Positions 35,113 through 44,584 of a stretch of 56,474 nucleotides of DNA are shown in pieces. The notes beneath the pieces were generated by a model, which saw nothing but the letters and a program-made list of their open reading frames with translations, was not told the DNA's origin and ran no database searches. Both the position numbers and the translations under genes were made by a program. The stretch's first letter is position 1, and each line of letters opens with the position of its first letter. The stretch is from a virus (taxonomy: Duplodnaviria; Caudoviricetes), in the IMG/VR virus record IMGVR_UViG_3300006737_000004, positions 1 to 56,474 of that record. One strand, given 5' to 3'.

Positions 35113-35140
35113 TTGACAAATAGAATTTCAACAGTATAAC
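35113..35140 (+). promoter_or_regulatory. Sigma70-type promoter for the major capsid gene
   Basis: TTGACA-N16-TATAAC(T). Confidence 0.65.
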
Positions 35141-35147
35141 TAGGGAT

Positions 35148-35344
35148 ATAGAACAAAAGCCTCATTCTGACTACCTTTTGTTCTAACCCAAATTCCAATA
35201 AAGTCTAAACTAGAAGAACTACCTGTTCAAGTATAGGCCCATGTATGCATAGGTTGGCCAACCTTAAGTACATGCACCCTAGAAAAACAACAGCCTCTTA
35301 TTGGTATTAGCTTTTAACAAAGCCAACTATCAGGAGGATTTATC
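35148..35344 (+). ncRNA. Structured ~200-nt 5' leader of the major capsid mRNA (candidate cis-regulatory RNA)
   Basis: Stems GAACAAAAG/CTTTTGTTC, TAGG/CCTA, CATGTA/TACATG and AGGTT/AACCT; repeated AGCCTC and ACTACCT boxes. Confidence 0.45.
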
Positions 35345-36418
35345 ATGGCTTTTACAACAGCAAGTGGACACGGTAACTTACCTAACGGTAATTTTAGTTC
35401 CGTAATCTACTCCAAAAAAGTACAGCTTGCATTCCGCAAGAGCACTGTATGTGGTGACATCACCAACTCAGATTATTTTGGCGAGATTTCTGCCCAAGGC
35501 GATACCGTTAAAATCATCAAAGAACCTGAAATTTCCGTAAGCTCATATGCTCGTGGTACTCAGGTTTCAGCACAAGATCTTGATGACGAAGATTTTTCAT
35601 TGGTCGTAGACAAAGCTAACTACTTTGCCTTTAAGATTGATGATATCGAAGAAGCTCACTCACATGTGAACTTCATGGATCTTGCAACTAATCGTGCAGC
35701 TTATCGTTTGGCTGATCAGCATGACCAAGAGGTTCTTGGCTACTTGTCTGGTTTCAAACAGTCATCTTTGCACTCACAAGCAGACACAGCTAATGATGTT
35801 GTAAACGGTTCTAAAGCTGTTTCAACTGCTGGTTCAAATGAATTGCTTTCAAGCATGCAATTGAAAAAGTCTGACTTTGGCAACATTACAACTAGCTCTG
35901 CTGGAGATCACTCGATCCCACTAGCAGCTCGTTTGCCAGGTGCTACTGCACTTCCAACTGCTACAGCTTCACCAGCAATGGTTGTTGCTCGTATGGCTCG
36001 TTTGCTTGACCAACAACAAGTAGACAAAGCTGGACGGTGGATTGTAGTTGATCCAGTATTCATGGAACTCCTTGCAGATGAAGACTCACGTTTCTTCAAT
36101 GCAGACTTCGGTGAATCAGGTGGACTACGTAATGGTCTTGCAGTGAATAATTTCCACGGCTTCCGTGTTTATTCTTCAAGCAATTTGCCAGCAATTGGTA
36201 CAGGTCCAGGTACAACTGGTTCTGCAAACCAAAATGCTAACTATGGTGTTATTGTTGCAGGTCATGATTCTGCTGTTGCAACCGCAGAGCAAATCAACAA
36301 GACTGAAACTTACCGTGATCCTGACAGCTTTGCTGACATCGTTCGTGGTATGCACCTATATGGCCGCAAGATCCTTCGCCCAGAAGCTCTTGTTAACGCC
36401 AAGTATAACGCAGCGTAA
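35345..36418 (+). CDS. Major capsid protein (HK97 fold)
   Basis: LPNGNFS..IYSK, ITN.DY.GEI...GDTV.I, F.IDDIE and FADIVRG...YGRK.LRPE; AGGAGG RBS. Confidence 0.92.
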   Translation: MAFTTASGHGNLPNGNFSSVIYSKKVQLAFRKSTVCGDITNSDYFGEISAQGDTVKIIKEPEISVSSYARGTQVSAQDLDDEDFSLVVDKANYFAFKIDDIEEAHSHVNFMDLATNRAAYRLADQHDQEVLGYLSGFKQSSLHSQADTANDVVNGSKAVSTAGSNELLSSMQLKKSDFGNITTSSAGDHSIPLAARLPGATALPTATASPAMVVARMARLLDQQQVDKAGRWIVVDPVFMELLADEDSRFFNADFGESGGLRNGLAVNNFHGFRVYSSSNLPAIGTGPGTTGSANQNANYGVIVAGHDSAVATAEQINKTETYRDPDSFADIVRGMHLYGRKILRPEALVNAKYNAA

Positions 36419-36432
36419 GGAGGGTATATATT

Positions 36433-36918
36433 ATGGCATTAGGTGATAACACACTCCAAGCGGCACGGGGAAACCAAAACCCTGGCCGTAATCCGTACAT
36501 GGTCCAAACTGTATTGAATTGGGCTACAGCTTTGTCAGACAAAGGTTCTGCTCTTGCAGCTTCCGATGTTGTTCCTGTCATTGCTGTACCTAAAGGTACT
36601 ATGGTCATGAACGCAGGTATCGAAGTTGACACTGCATCCGATGGTTCTACTTTTACAGTAGACTTGGGTATGGTTGATGCTGATGCATTTGTTGATGGTT
36701 TCGATGCTACATCTGCAGCAGCAGTAGTCGCACAGAATCCTGCAGCATATCAGCCCGTAATGGCTGTTGCTGATGACAACATTGATGTAACTATTGCTAC
36801 CCTTTCAGGTGGTGCTGTTTCATCAGGTAAGTTCCGTGTTTGGGCTGTTCTTATGGACTGCTCTGACATGGGTAATGACGGTGTTGCTAACGAAGTAACT
36901 CGTGATTATCTTGCTTAA
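36433..36918 (+). CDS. Capsid decoration/cement-like structural protein
   Basis: Beta-rich, directly after the capsid gene; D.FVDG.D and GK.RVWA. Confidence 0.65.
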   Translation: MALGDNTLQAARGNQNPGRNPYMVQTVLNWATALSDKGSALAASDVVPVIAVPKGTMVMNAGIEVDTASDGSTFTVDLGMVDADAFVDGFDATSAAAVVAQNPAAYQPVMAVADDNIDVTIATLSGGAVSSGKFRVWAVLMDCSDMGNDGVANEVTRDYLA

Positions 36919-36928
36919 TTAAAACTAA

Positions 36929-36960
36929 CTAGAGAGTCTGCTTTAGGGTGGCCTCTTTAG
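36929..36960 (+). terminator. Putative stem-loop attenuator after the capsid genes
   Basis: CTAGAGAGTCTGC-TTTAG-GGTGGCCTCTTTAG imperfect hairpin. Confidence 0.35.
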
Positions 36961-36979
36961 ACTATGTTAAGGAAGCACA

Positions 36980-37687
36980 ATGGCATATAATTATTTAGGT
37001 CTTACAAACGAAGTCTTAGCTAGATTTAATGAGGTTGCTTTAACTGAAGCAGGTTTTACCTCTTCTCGCGGATTTCAAACACAGTGTAAAAATGCTGTTA
37101 ATGATGCTATTTATTATATTAATACTCGTGAATACAGTTGGCCTTATAATCATGCTACACAAACAGAAACACTTGTAGCAGGTACAACTAGATACGACAC
37201 ACCTGCAACAGCTAAACACGTAGATTACGATACTTTTAGAATTGTTGAAAATACTACACTAGGGTCTCAAGGAAGATCCTTGGTTGTTTTAGATTATAAA
37301 GACTATTTAAATAGGTACATTGAACAAGAAGATAAATCTGATGTAGGGGGCGTACCTACTCATGTATTTAGAACCCCAGATAATAATTTTGGTTTATATC
37401 CCTATCCAGATAAAGCGTACTCTTTAAAGTATGAATACTATAACTATACTACTGCATTAAGTGCAGCTACAGATGTACCTACAATCCCAGAGCAATATCG
37501 TTCAGTTATTGTAGATGGTGCAACTGCTTTTGGGTATCAATATAGAGGAGAATCTGGAGAGTATCAATTAAATTTTCAAAGGCTTTTAGATGGTATCAAG
37601 AGTATGCAAAGTCTTTTATCTAACAGATCTGAGTATATTAGATCAACTGTAATCTTAAAAAACTCTTCGGGAAGAGCAGTAATTTAA
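36980..37687 (+). CDS. Tail adaptor / tail tubular protein A
   Basis: YL.L.NEVL.R.NEV, VN.AI..IN....WP and L.P.PDKAY; position after capsid genes. Confidence 0.8.
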   Translation: MAYNYLGLTNEVLARFNEVALTEAGFTSSRGFQTQCKNAVNDAIYYINTREYSWPYNHATQTETLVAGTTRYDTPATAKHVDYDTFRIVENTTLGSQGRSLVVLDYKDYLNRYIEQEDKSDVGGVPTHVFRTPDNNFGLYPYPDKAYSLKYEYYNYTTALSAATDVPTIPEQYRSVIVDGATAFGYQYRGESGEYQLNFQRLLDGIKSMQSLLSNRSEYIRSTVILKNSSGRAVI

Positions 37688-39205
37688 ATGGCAGATGAGT
37701 CTCGTATTAACCCTTTTGTTTTTCCATTAGAGGGTGGTTTAGTTCTTGACCGTTCTACTTTTTCTATGGAACCTGGAATGGCATTAGAGTTAGAAAACTT
37801 TGAGCCTGACGTTGGTGGTGGGTATAGACGAATAAACGGATATACTAAGTGGAATACTAACATAGTACCACAAACCTCTGCCTCTACTGAAGCAGTACTA
37901 ATGTCTGCATATTTTGCAGGAAATAGTAAAGTAATTGCCGCAAGGGGTCAGAAAGTATTTGAGGCTGCTAGTGGTAGTGGTTCTTGGACGGAGATAGATA
38001 CGGGCAGAAGTAATGCAATACGGTACTCCTATGACAGATACAACCTAAGTGGTACAGAGTATATTGTGTGGGCTGATGGTGCTAATCATGCAACAAAGTA
38101 TGATGGCAGTACACTAACAGACCTTAATGCTACTGGTGCTCCAAGCAATCCTAAGTACGTAAAACACTTTAAGAATGCACTCTTCTTTGCAGGTATGTCA
38201 GCTTCACCAGAAGAAGTAGTATTTACTGCCCCATATACTGACAGTGATTTTACTGCAGCTAATGGTGCAGGTAGTATACGAGTTGATAGTAAAATTACAG
38301 CACTGTTCCCTTTTCGTGATGAACTATACATCTTTGCAGAAGAACGTATATACAAACTTGTGGGAAATACAGTTGCTGATTTTGCAATGCAACCTGTTAC
38401 ACGAGACATTGGTTGTCTTAATGGACACACTGTACAAGAACTTGCAGGTGAGATTGTTTTCCTTGGTCGTGACGGTTTAAGAACGGTTGCTGGTACTGCT
38501 AAAATTAATGATGTTGAGTTAGGCACAATTAGTAAGCCAGTACAGGAGTTGTTTGAAGGCGAGACAGACGTTGATGATTTTAATAGTCTAGTTATTCCTG
38601 ATAAAACACAATATCGTATTTTCTTTTCTAAACCAAATAGCACACTAGAAAGTACAGCTACAGGTGTTATTGCTGTACGTAAAGCACAGGGTTATGAGTT
38701 TGCTAAGATAAAAGGTGTACAACCAGCATCTACAGACTCAGCCAGTGTACAAGGTACTACCTACGTTATTCATGGTGGATACGATGGATACGTGTATCGC
38801 CAAGAACAAGGCAATAAATTTGATACACGAAATATTATAGGTCGTTATCGTAGCCCAGATATTACAGCAGGTGATGCAGGAATACGTAAGAACTTCCAAC
38901 GTGTTATTATTAACTACTCACCCACAGGTACAGTAAACTCTGATTTATTTTTACGGTACGACTATGAAGACCCTAATGTTCCAAGGCCAGCAGCTTACCC
39001 ATTTGACTCTACAAAAGTTGTAGCTATCTATGGAACGTCACTATACAACACTGCTACTTATGGTGGTCAAACAAACCCACTTGTAAGGCAACCCGTAGAG
39101 GGTTCAGGTTTTGCAGTAGCACTTCGTGTTGTAGATAATGCAGAGTCATCCCCATACTCTCTCAAGGGTTTTCAGCTAGAATTTGACGCAGGAGCAAGAC
39201 GTTAA
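37688..39205 (+). CDS. Tail nozzle / tail tubular protein B
   Basis: GGL....., A..L.NFE....GGYRRI.G and IGC....TVQE..G...FL..DG.R; beta-propeller-like. Confidence 0.8.
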   Translation: MADESRINPFVFPLEGGLVLDRSTFSMEPGMALELENFEPDVGGGYRRINGYTKWNTNIVPQTSASTEAVLMSAYFAGNSKVIAARGQKVFEAASGSGSWTEIDTGRSNAIRYSYDRYNLSGTEYIVWADGANHATKYDGSTLTDLNATGAPSNPKYVKHFKNALFFAGMSASPEEVVFTAPYTDSDFTAANGAGSIRVDSKITALFPFRDELYIFAEERIYKLVGNTVADFAMQPVTRDIGCLNGHTVQELAGEIVFLGRDGLRTVAGTAKINDVELGTISKPVQELFEGETDVDDFNSLVIPDKTQYRIFFSKPNSTLESTATGVIAVRKAQGYEFAKIKGVQPASTDSASVQGTTYVIHGGYDGYVYRQEQGNKFDTRNIIGRYRSPDITAGDAGIRKNFQRVIINYSPTGTVNSDLFLRYDYEDPNVPRPAAYPFDSTKVVAIYGTSLYNTATYGGQTNPLVRQPVEGSGFAVALRVVDNAESSPYSLKGFQLEFDAGARR

Positions 39206-40983
39206 TGGCAGGTTATACAAGACAGTCTACATATACAGACGGTGATATTATTCAGGCAGCAGACTCCAATGATGAGTTTGATCAGGTTCTTGCTGCTTTT
39301 AATAATGCCTCTGGACACAAACATGATGGTACTGCAGCAGAAGGGCCAGTTATTGGTTTAATTGGTGATGCTGGTTCTACTACACCTAAAAATAAAGTTG
39401 TTGTAGATGATACAAACAATCAAGTAGAGTTTAACATTGATGTATCTGGTACGTCTACTGAACAGTTTGTAGTTAAAGATGGTGTTATCGAACCTACTAC
39501 GGATAATGACATTGATCTTGGCTCAAGTAGTAAAGAGTTTAAAAATGCTTACTTTGATGGTACAGTAACTACAGATGCTCTTGTAGCTGATACTGCAGAC
39601 ATTAATGGTGGTACAGTAGACGGTGTAACTATCGGTGGAGCTAGTGCAGGAGACATTACTTTTGCTAACTTATCAGATGGTACAATTACTGTAACAGCAT
39701 TTGTTGATGAAGATAATATGTCTTCTAATTCTGCTACACTTCTCCCAACTCAACAGTCTGTTAAAGCATATGTAGATGCCCAAGTAACTGCACAGGATTT
39801 AGACTTTCAAGCAGACTCAGGTGGTGCTCTTAACATTGACCTAGACAGTGAGACTTTATCACTAGCAGGTGGTACTGGCATTGACACAGCAGGTTCTGGT
39901 AATGAAGTTACCTTTGCTATTGACAGTACTGTTGCAACTTTAACAGGGTCACAAACTCTTACAAATAAAACCTTGACAAGCCCTGTGTTGAACGGTACAA
40001 TAAGTGGAACATCCATTAAAGATGAAGATGATTTATCTTCTGATAGTGCTTCTCACCTAGCTACCCAACAATCAATTAAGGCTTATGTAGATGCTCAAGT
40101 AACTGCTCAAGACTTAGACTTCCAAGGTGACTCTGGTGGAGCACTGTCAATTGACTTAGATAGTGAAACACTAGACATTGCAGGTGGTACAGGTATTGAT
40201 ACTTCTGGCTCTAGTAATACTCTTACTGTAGCAATTGATAGTACTGTAGCAACACTGTCAGGTACACAAACACTAACTAATAAATCTATTGATGCCACAC
40301 AACTTACAGGTACTGTAGCAAATGCACGACTAGACGCAGAGCTACAAGCACTAGCTGGACTAACCTCTGCTGCTGATAAAGGTATTCAATTCACTGGTTC
40401 AGGTTCTGCAGGTACATACGACCTTACTACTGCAGGTAAAGCACTACTTGATGATGCAAGTGCATCTGCACAGAGAACTACACTAGGACTAGGCACAGCA
40501 GCAGTTACAGATACAGGTATTAGTAACGGTAACGTAGCAGTCTTTACCAGTGGTGCAGCAGATAATGACTTCCTTCGTATTGATGGTACAGCTATTGAAG
40601 GTAGATCAGCAACAGAAGTATTAAGTGACATTGGTGGTCAAGCAGCATTAACGTTTGGTATTTCTAACACAAATGCTGTAAAGATTGACAGTGCATCTGT
40701 AGCTGACGATGAGTATGCAAGATTCACAGCCAGTGGTCTTGAGAGTCGTTCTACTGCTGAAGTTCTTAGTGACATTGGTGGTCAAGCCTCACTTACATTT
40801 GGCATTTCAAATACGAATGCAGTTAAGATAGACAGTGCATCAGTAGCAGATGATGAATACGCAAGGTTCACATCTAGTGGATTAGAAAGTAGATCAACCT
40901 CAGAAGTTCTTAGTGACATAGGAGCTACAACAGCAGCAGCCGCAGCAGATGAGGCAACAGCATTAGCAATTGCTCTAGGATAG
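39205..40983 (+). CDS. Tail fibre (anchor fibre with internal repeats)
   Basis: MAGYTRQ...A...N.EF....AF....GH.HDG anchor, TQQS.KAYVD repeats, C-terminal ALAIALG. Confidence 0.8.
   Translation: MAGYTRQSTYTDGDIIQAADSNDEFDQVLAAFNNASGHKHDGTAAEGPVIGLIGDAGSTTPKNKVVVDDTNNQVEFNIDVSGTSTEQFVVKDGVIEPTTDNDIDLGSSSKEFKNAYFDGTVTTDALVADTADINGGTVDGVTIGGASAGDITFANLSDGTITVTAFVDEDNMSSNSATLLPTQQSVKAYVDAQVTAQDLDFQADSGGALNIDLDSETLSLAGGTGIDTAGSGNEVTFAIDSTVATLTGSQTLTNKTLTSPVLNGTISGTSIKDEDDLSSDSASHLATQQSIKAYVDAQVTAQDLDFQGDSGGALSIDLDSETLDIAGGTGIDTSGSSNTLTVAIDSTVATLSGTQTLTNKSIDATQLTGTVANARLDAELQALAGLTSAADKGIQFTGSGSAGTYDLTTAGKALLDDASASAQRTTLGLGTAAVTDTGISNGNVAVFTSGAADNDFLRIDGTAIEGRSATEVLSDIGGQAALTFGISNTNAVKIDSASVADDEYARFTASGLESRSTAEVLSDIGGQASLTFGISNTNAVKIDSASVADDEYARFTSSGLESRSTSEVLSDIGATTAAAAADEATALAIALG
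39706..40284 (+). repeat. Internal duplication (~88 aa, two copies) in the tail fibre
   Basis: [50 protein letters not shown]...[16 protein letters not shown] occurs twice. Confidence 0.85.
40602..40925 (+). repeat. 48-aa tandem repeat (about 2.2 copies) in the tail fibre
   Basis: [44 protein letters not shown]. Confidence 0.85.
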
Positions 40984-40992
40984 GAAAAGGAT

Positions 40993-41337
40993 ATGGCAAA
41001 CACATTTAAGGCGGTAACTAAAGCAGGTATTACATCAGAAGATGTAATTTATACTGTTGCAAGTTCCACTACCAGTATTATACTAGGGCTTGTCCTTGGT
41101 AACACAACAGGAAGTCAGGTTACTGTAACTGTAACTCTTAGCTCAGATACATCTAACAGGGCAGGTGCAAACAATGAAGCTAACCAAGATGTTGAGATTG
41201 TGACAAATGCAGCAGTACCTGCAGGATCATCTCTCAGTGTACTGGATGGTAAGATTGTAATGGAGACTACAGACATACTTAAAGTCACAGCCACTGGTGC
41301 TACTGACGTTATTGTGTCCATGATGGAGATTACCTAA
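40993..41337 (+). CDS. Tail-fibre adaptor-like structural protein
   Basis: MANTFK...YTV....T.II.GL...N...GK.V.ET.D.L.V; follows the ALAIALG fibre. Confidence 0.7.
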   Translation: MANTFKAVTKAGITSEDVIYTVASSTTSIILGLVLGNTTGSQVTVTVTLSSDTSNRAGANNEANQDVEIVTNAAVPAGSSLSVLDGKIVMETTDILKVTATGATDVIVSMMEIT

Positions 41338-42650
41338 TGACCAGTAAGGCATTTGAATTAGCACAGCTTGGCGATGCTGTAACGGTTGATAGTTCTGGCA
41401 ATTTAGGCTTGGGAACTAGCAGCCCAACAGCTATCCTTGATGTTAGGCGTGGAGATGCTAGTGGCAAAATAGCTGAGTTTCACACCTCAACAGGATACGG
41501 ACTTGAGTTAGGGTCAAGCCAAACTGAGGCTTATGTTGCCTCTGGTTCAAGCCAAGCATTACTATTTAAAACCAATGACACAAGTGAGAGGATGCGCCTG
41601 ACAGCCGATGGAAAATTGGGCGTGGGAACTAGCAGCCCTGACGCATTAACCCATATTTACAGTGGTGCATCTGGCGTAACAAACCCTCACTCCTACACAA
41701 AGCTGCACGTTGAGAGTGCTGACCACAATGCTATTCAGCTAAGTGGTAGCTCTGGTGGGGAACAATGGATTTGGTTTGCTGATGACACAACAGCAACCCC
41801 TGTTGGTGGGCTGACTTATTATCATGGTGAGAATTACATGGGCTTCCGTGTGAATAGTGCGGAGAGGGCCAGAATAGACAGCAGTGGCAATCTGCGAGTG
41901 GCTAAAACCACTTCTGCCCTTGCTGATGTGGGTCATGAACTTAGTAACGAAGGATATGCGTACCACACCAGAGATGGCGGTACTGCAATGTACATCAACC
42001 GCAAATCAAGTGATGGTAGTATAATTGATTTTTATAGAGATTCTTATGTGGGGAGTATCGGTATTCAGTCTACTGGCTTTTATATTGACGGTGAATCTGG
42101 GCATACGGGTCTTAGGTTCGGTGCTAATACTTTTATACCCAGAGACAACCAAGCAGACGCAGATAACGTGGTTGATTTGGGGGCAGCGTCAGCCCGTTTC
42201 GATGATGTCCACGCCACTAACGGCACTATCCAAACCTCTGACCGCAACGAAAAGCAGGACATTGCAGAACTGACAGATGCAGAAAAACGTGTAGCTGTAG
42301 CTGCCAAAGGTCTGATGCGGAAGTTCCGTTGGAAGTCAGCCGTAACAGAAAAAGGTGAAGCAGCCCGTACCCACTTTGGTATCATAGCTCAAGACCTACA
42401 AGCTGCCTTTGCAGCAGAAAGCCTAGATGCAGGTGACTATGCTATGTTCATCTCAAGCACATGGTGGGAAACACAGACAGAAGTCCCTGCCGTAGAAGCT
42501 GACGAAGAAAAGGGCATTGAAGCAGCAGATGCTTACACCCGAACAGACACCTACAACACAGAAGAAGAAGCACCAGAGGGTGCAACAAAGAAAACAAGAC
42601 TAGGTGTTAGGTATTCTGAGCTACTAGCATTTATAATAGGAGCTTTATAA
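41337..42650 (+). CDS. Tail fibre / receptor-binding protein 1 with S74 intramolecular chaperone
   Basis: GLGT.SP...L.V and ERMR repeats; TSDRNEKQDI, HFGIIAQ and GVRY.EL.AFII. Confidence 0.88.
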   Translation: MTSKAFELAQLGDAVTVDSSGNLGLGTSSPTAILDVRRGDASGKIAEFHTSTGYGLELGSSQTEAYVASGSSQALLFKTNDTSERMRLTADGKLGVGTSSPDALTHIYSGASGVTNPHSYTKLHVESADHNAIQLSGSSGGEQWIWFADDTTATPVGGLTYYHGENYMGFRVNSAERARIDSSGNLRVAKTTSALADVGHELSNEGYAYHTRDGGTAMYINRKSSDGSIIDFYRDSYVGSIGIQSTGFYIDGESGHTGLRFGANTFIPRDNQADADNVVDLGAASARFDDVHATNGTIQTSDRNEKQDIAELTDAEKRVAVAAKGLMRKFRWKSAVTEKGEAARTHFGIIAQDLQAAFAAESLDAGDYAMFISSTWWETQTEVPAVEADEEKGIEAADAYTRTDTYNTEEEAPEGATKKTRLGVRYSELLAFIIGAL

Positions 42651-44293
42651 TGGCAGGATATATTGGATCAAAAATGTCCGTCACTTTAGTTGGTGGCGGT
42701 ACATTTAATAGTGATGTTACCTTTGAAGATAATGCAGATATTATAACAGCTAGTGCAGGTACTTCTAACTTTCGTGCAGGTGTAAACGCAGGGAACTCTA
42801 TTGCTTCTGGTGGTAACTATAATGTAGTAGTGGGCGATGAGGCTGGTACTGCAATTACGACAGGTGATTACAATGTGGCTGTTGGTTATATTGCAGGTGA
42901 TGCAATCACTACTGGTGAGAGAAACGTAATCGCAGGTTATAGTGCAGGTGGTGCTTTAACGGTAGGTGGATCAAATACAGCCATTGGTGACAGAGCATTA
43001 TTGGCAGATACGCAGGGTTCAAGTTCTGTTGCCATTGGTAGAAATGCGTTATTTGCTCAAAACTTTACATCAGCTACTACTGTTTACAATGTTGCCATTG
43101 GCAGGGATGCAGGTGCATCAATATCTACAGGCATACAAAACACCCTGATCGGTGGTCTGACAGGTGATGCCTTAACTGTTGGCACTAAAAATAATGCTAT
43201 GGGTTATCGTGCACTCAGTTTCGATACACAAGGCAGCAAATCAGTTGCGATTGGAAACTTTTCATTAGCTAGTCAAAACTTTACGTCAGCTACTGATACT
43301 TACAATACTGCTGTTGGACATGCCGCAGGTGAAGGCATTACGACAGGCGTACAGAATACTCTTACTGGCGGTCTGGCAGGAGATGCTTTAACGGATGCAG
43401 ATTATAATGTGGCAATCGGTTATGCAGCATTAACTTCAGACACACTAGGCAGTAGGTCGGTAGCTATAGGTACTAATGCTCTTAATGCACAAAACTTTAC
43501 CTCTGCTACAAATACTTACAATACGGCTGTGGGTAATAATGCAGGTGAATCAATTACGACAGGTACAGGAAACACCTTTCTAGGTGCTAGTGCAGGTGAT
43601 GGTACTGATAATGGTAATAATAATACTGCTGTTGGTTATATAGCACTTAATGCCAACTGTGGTGACGAAAACACAGCGGTTGGCGAAAATGCTTTAGGCC
43701 GTTGCACAGGTTCTACCAATACAGCAGTGGGCAAAGATGCAGGTGAATATGTAACAAGCGGTTCTAACAATATTCTTTTAGGGCCAGACACAGGAGTTTC
43801 AGGAAGCCCCGGTGGTCAGATTACTACTGGTACTAATAATATCGTGGTAGGTGACGAAAATAATGATGCTGCTTACATCCAAATAGATTGGACTGTAGCC
43901 TCTGACCAACGTGACAAGACAGACTTTACAGCACTAGACTTAGGCTTAGACTTTGTTAAGGCGTTGTCTCCTGTTACTTACAAGTGGGATAAACGTTCTA
44001 AGTATGGTGATAAGCGTGCGGATGATTATGATCTTAATGCACAGACACCAGACGGTACGCACAAAGAAGATTGGTTAGACATAGGCTTCAAAGCACAAGA
44101 AGTAGAGGCACTAGAAATAGCTGCTGGGTATAAGATTGCTGACAAAACAAACTTAGTAACATCACTTACTTCTGATGGTAAACAATATGGGATGCAGTAC
44201 AGCAAGTTTGTACCAATCCTAGTCAAAGCCATACAAGAACTGTCTGCTAAGAATGCTGCACTAGAAGCTCGTATAGCTACATTGGAAGGTTAA
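42650..44293 (+). CDS. Tail fibre / receptor-binding protein 2 (YadA-like beta-roll repeats) with S74 chaperone
   Basis: N[TV]A[VI]G..A 14-aa repeats; SDQRDK, GFKAQEV and LVKAIQEL. Confidence 0.88.
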   Translation: MAGYIGSKMSVTLVGGGTFNSDVTFEDNADIITASAGTSNFRAGVNAGNSIASGGNYNVVVGDEAGTAITTGDYNVAVGYIAGDAITTGERNVIAGYSAGGALTVGGSNTAIGDRALLADTQGSSSVAIGRNALFAQNFTSATTVYNVAIGRDAGASISTGIQNTLIGGLTGDALTVGTKNNAMGYRALSFDTQGSKSVAIGNFSLASQNFTSATDTYNTAVGHAAGEGITTGVQNTLTGGLAGDALTDADYNVAIGYAALTSDTLGSRSVAIGTNALNAQNFTSATNTYNTAVGNNAGESITTGTGNTFLGASAGDGTDNGNNNTAVGYIALNANCGDENTAVGENALGRCTGSTNTAVGKDAGEYVTSGSNNILLGPDTGVSGSPGGQITTGTNNIVVGDENNDAAYIQIDWTVASDQRDKTDFTALDLGLDFVKALSPVTYKWDKRSKYGDKRADDYDLNAQTPDGTHKEDWLDIGFKAQEVEALEIAAGYKIADKTNLVTSLTSDGKQYGMQYSKFVPILVKAIQELSAKNAALEARIATLEG

Positions 44294-44296
44294 GAT

Positions 44297-44569
44297 ATGA
44301 CTAGAGAAACAGATGAAATTAGCAAAGCACATGAAGCATGTCTTGGTGGGGCAGACACTATTAATACAGTAATTGCCACACACAATAAAGGTAGTGATGC
44401 AACAGATGATGATTTCGCATGGGAGTTAACACATGATGAAAAGAAAGATCGTGTGTCTCGAAGTGTAAGTTATTTGAAGTATCAGAAAGATACCTATGCA
44501 GATTGGGGTGATAAAGATTTTACCGCAATTAATGCAGCAATTACGGCGGCTGATGCTTTTACAGGATAG
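44297..44569 (+). CDS. Small fibre-associated protein
   Basis: Follows fibre 2; V.R.V.YL...W...D.TAINAAI shared with 46842-47063. Confidence 0.65.
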   Translation: MTRETDEISKAHEACLGGADTINTVIATHNKGSDATDDDFAWELTHDEKKDRVSRSVSYLKYQKDTYADWGDKDFTAINAAITAADAFTG

Positions 44570-44584
44570 TTGGAGATATAACTA

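Noticed and set aside
38086-38643. 185-aa minus-strand ORF
   Set aside because: Antisense to the tail nozzle gene; expected from codon bias
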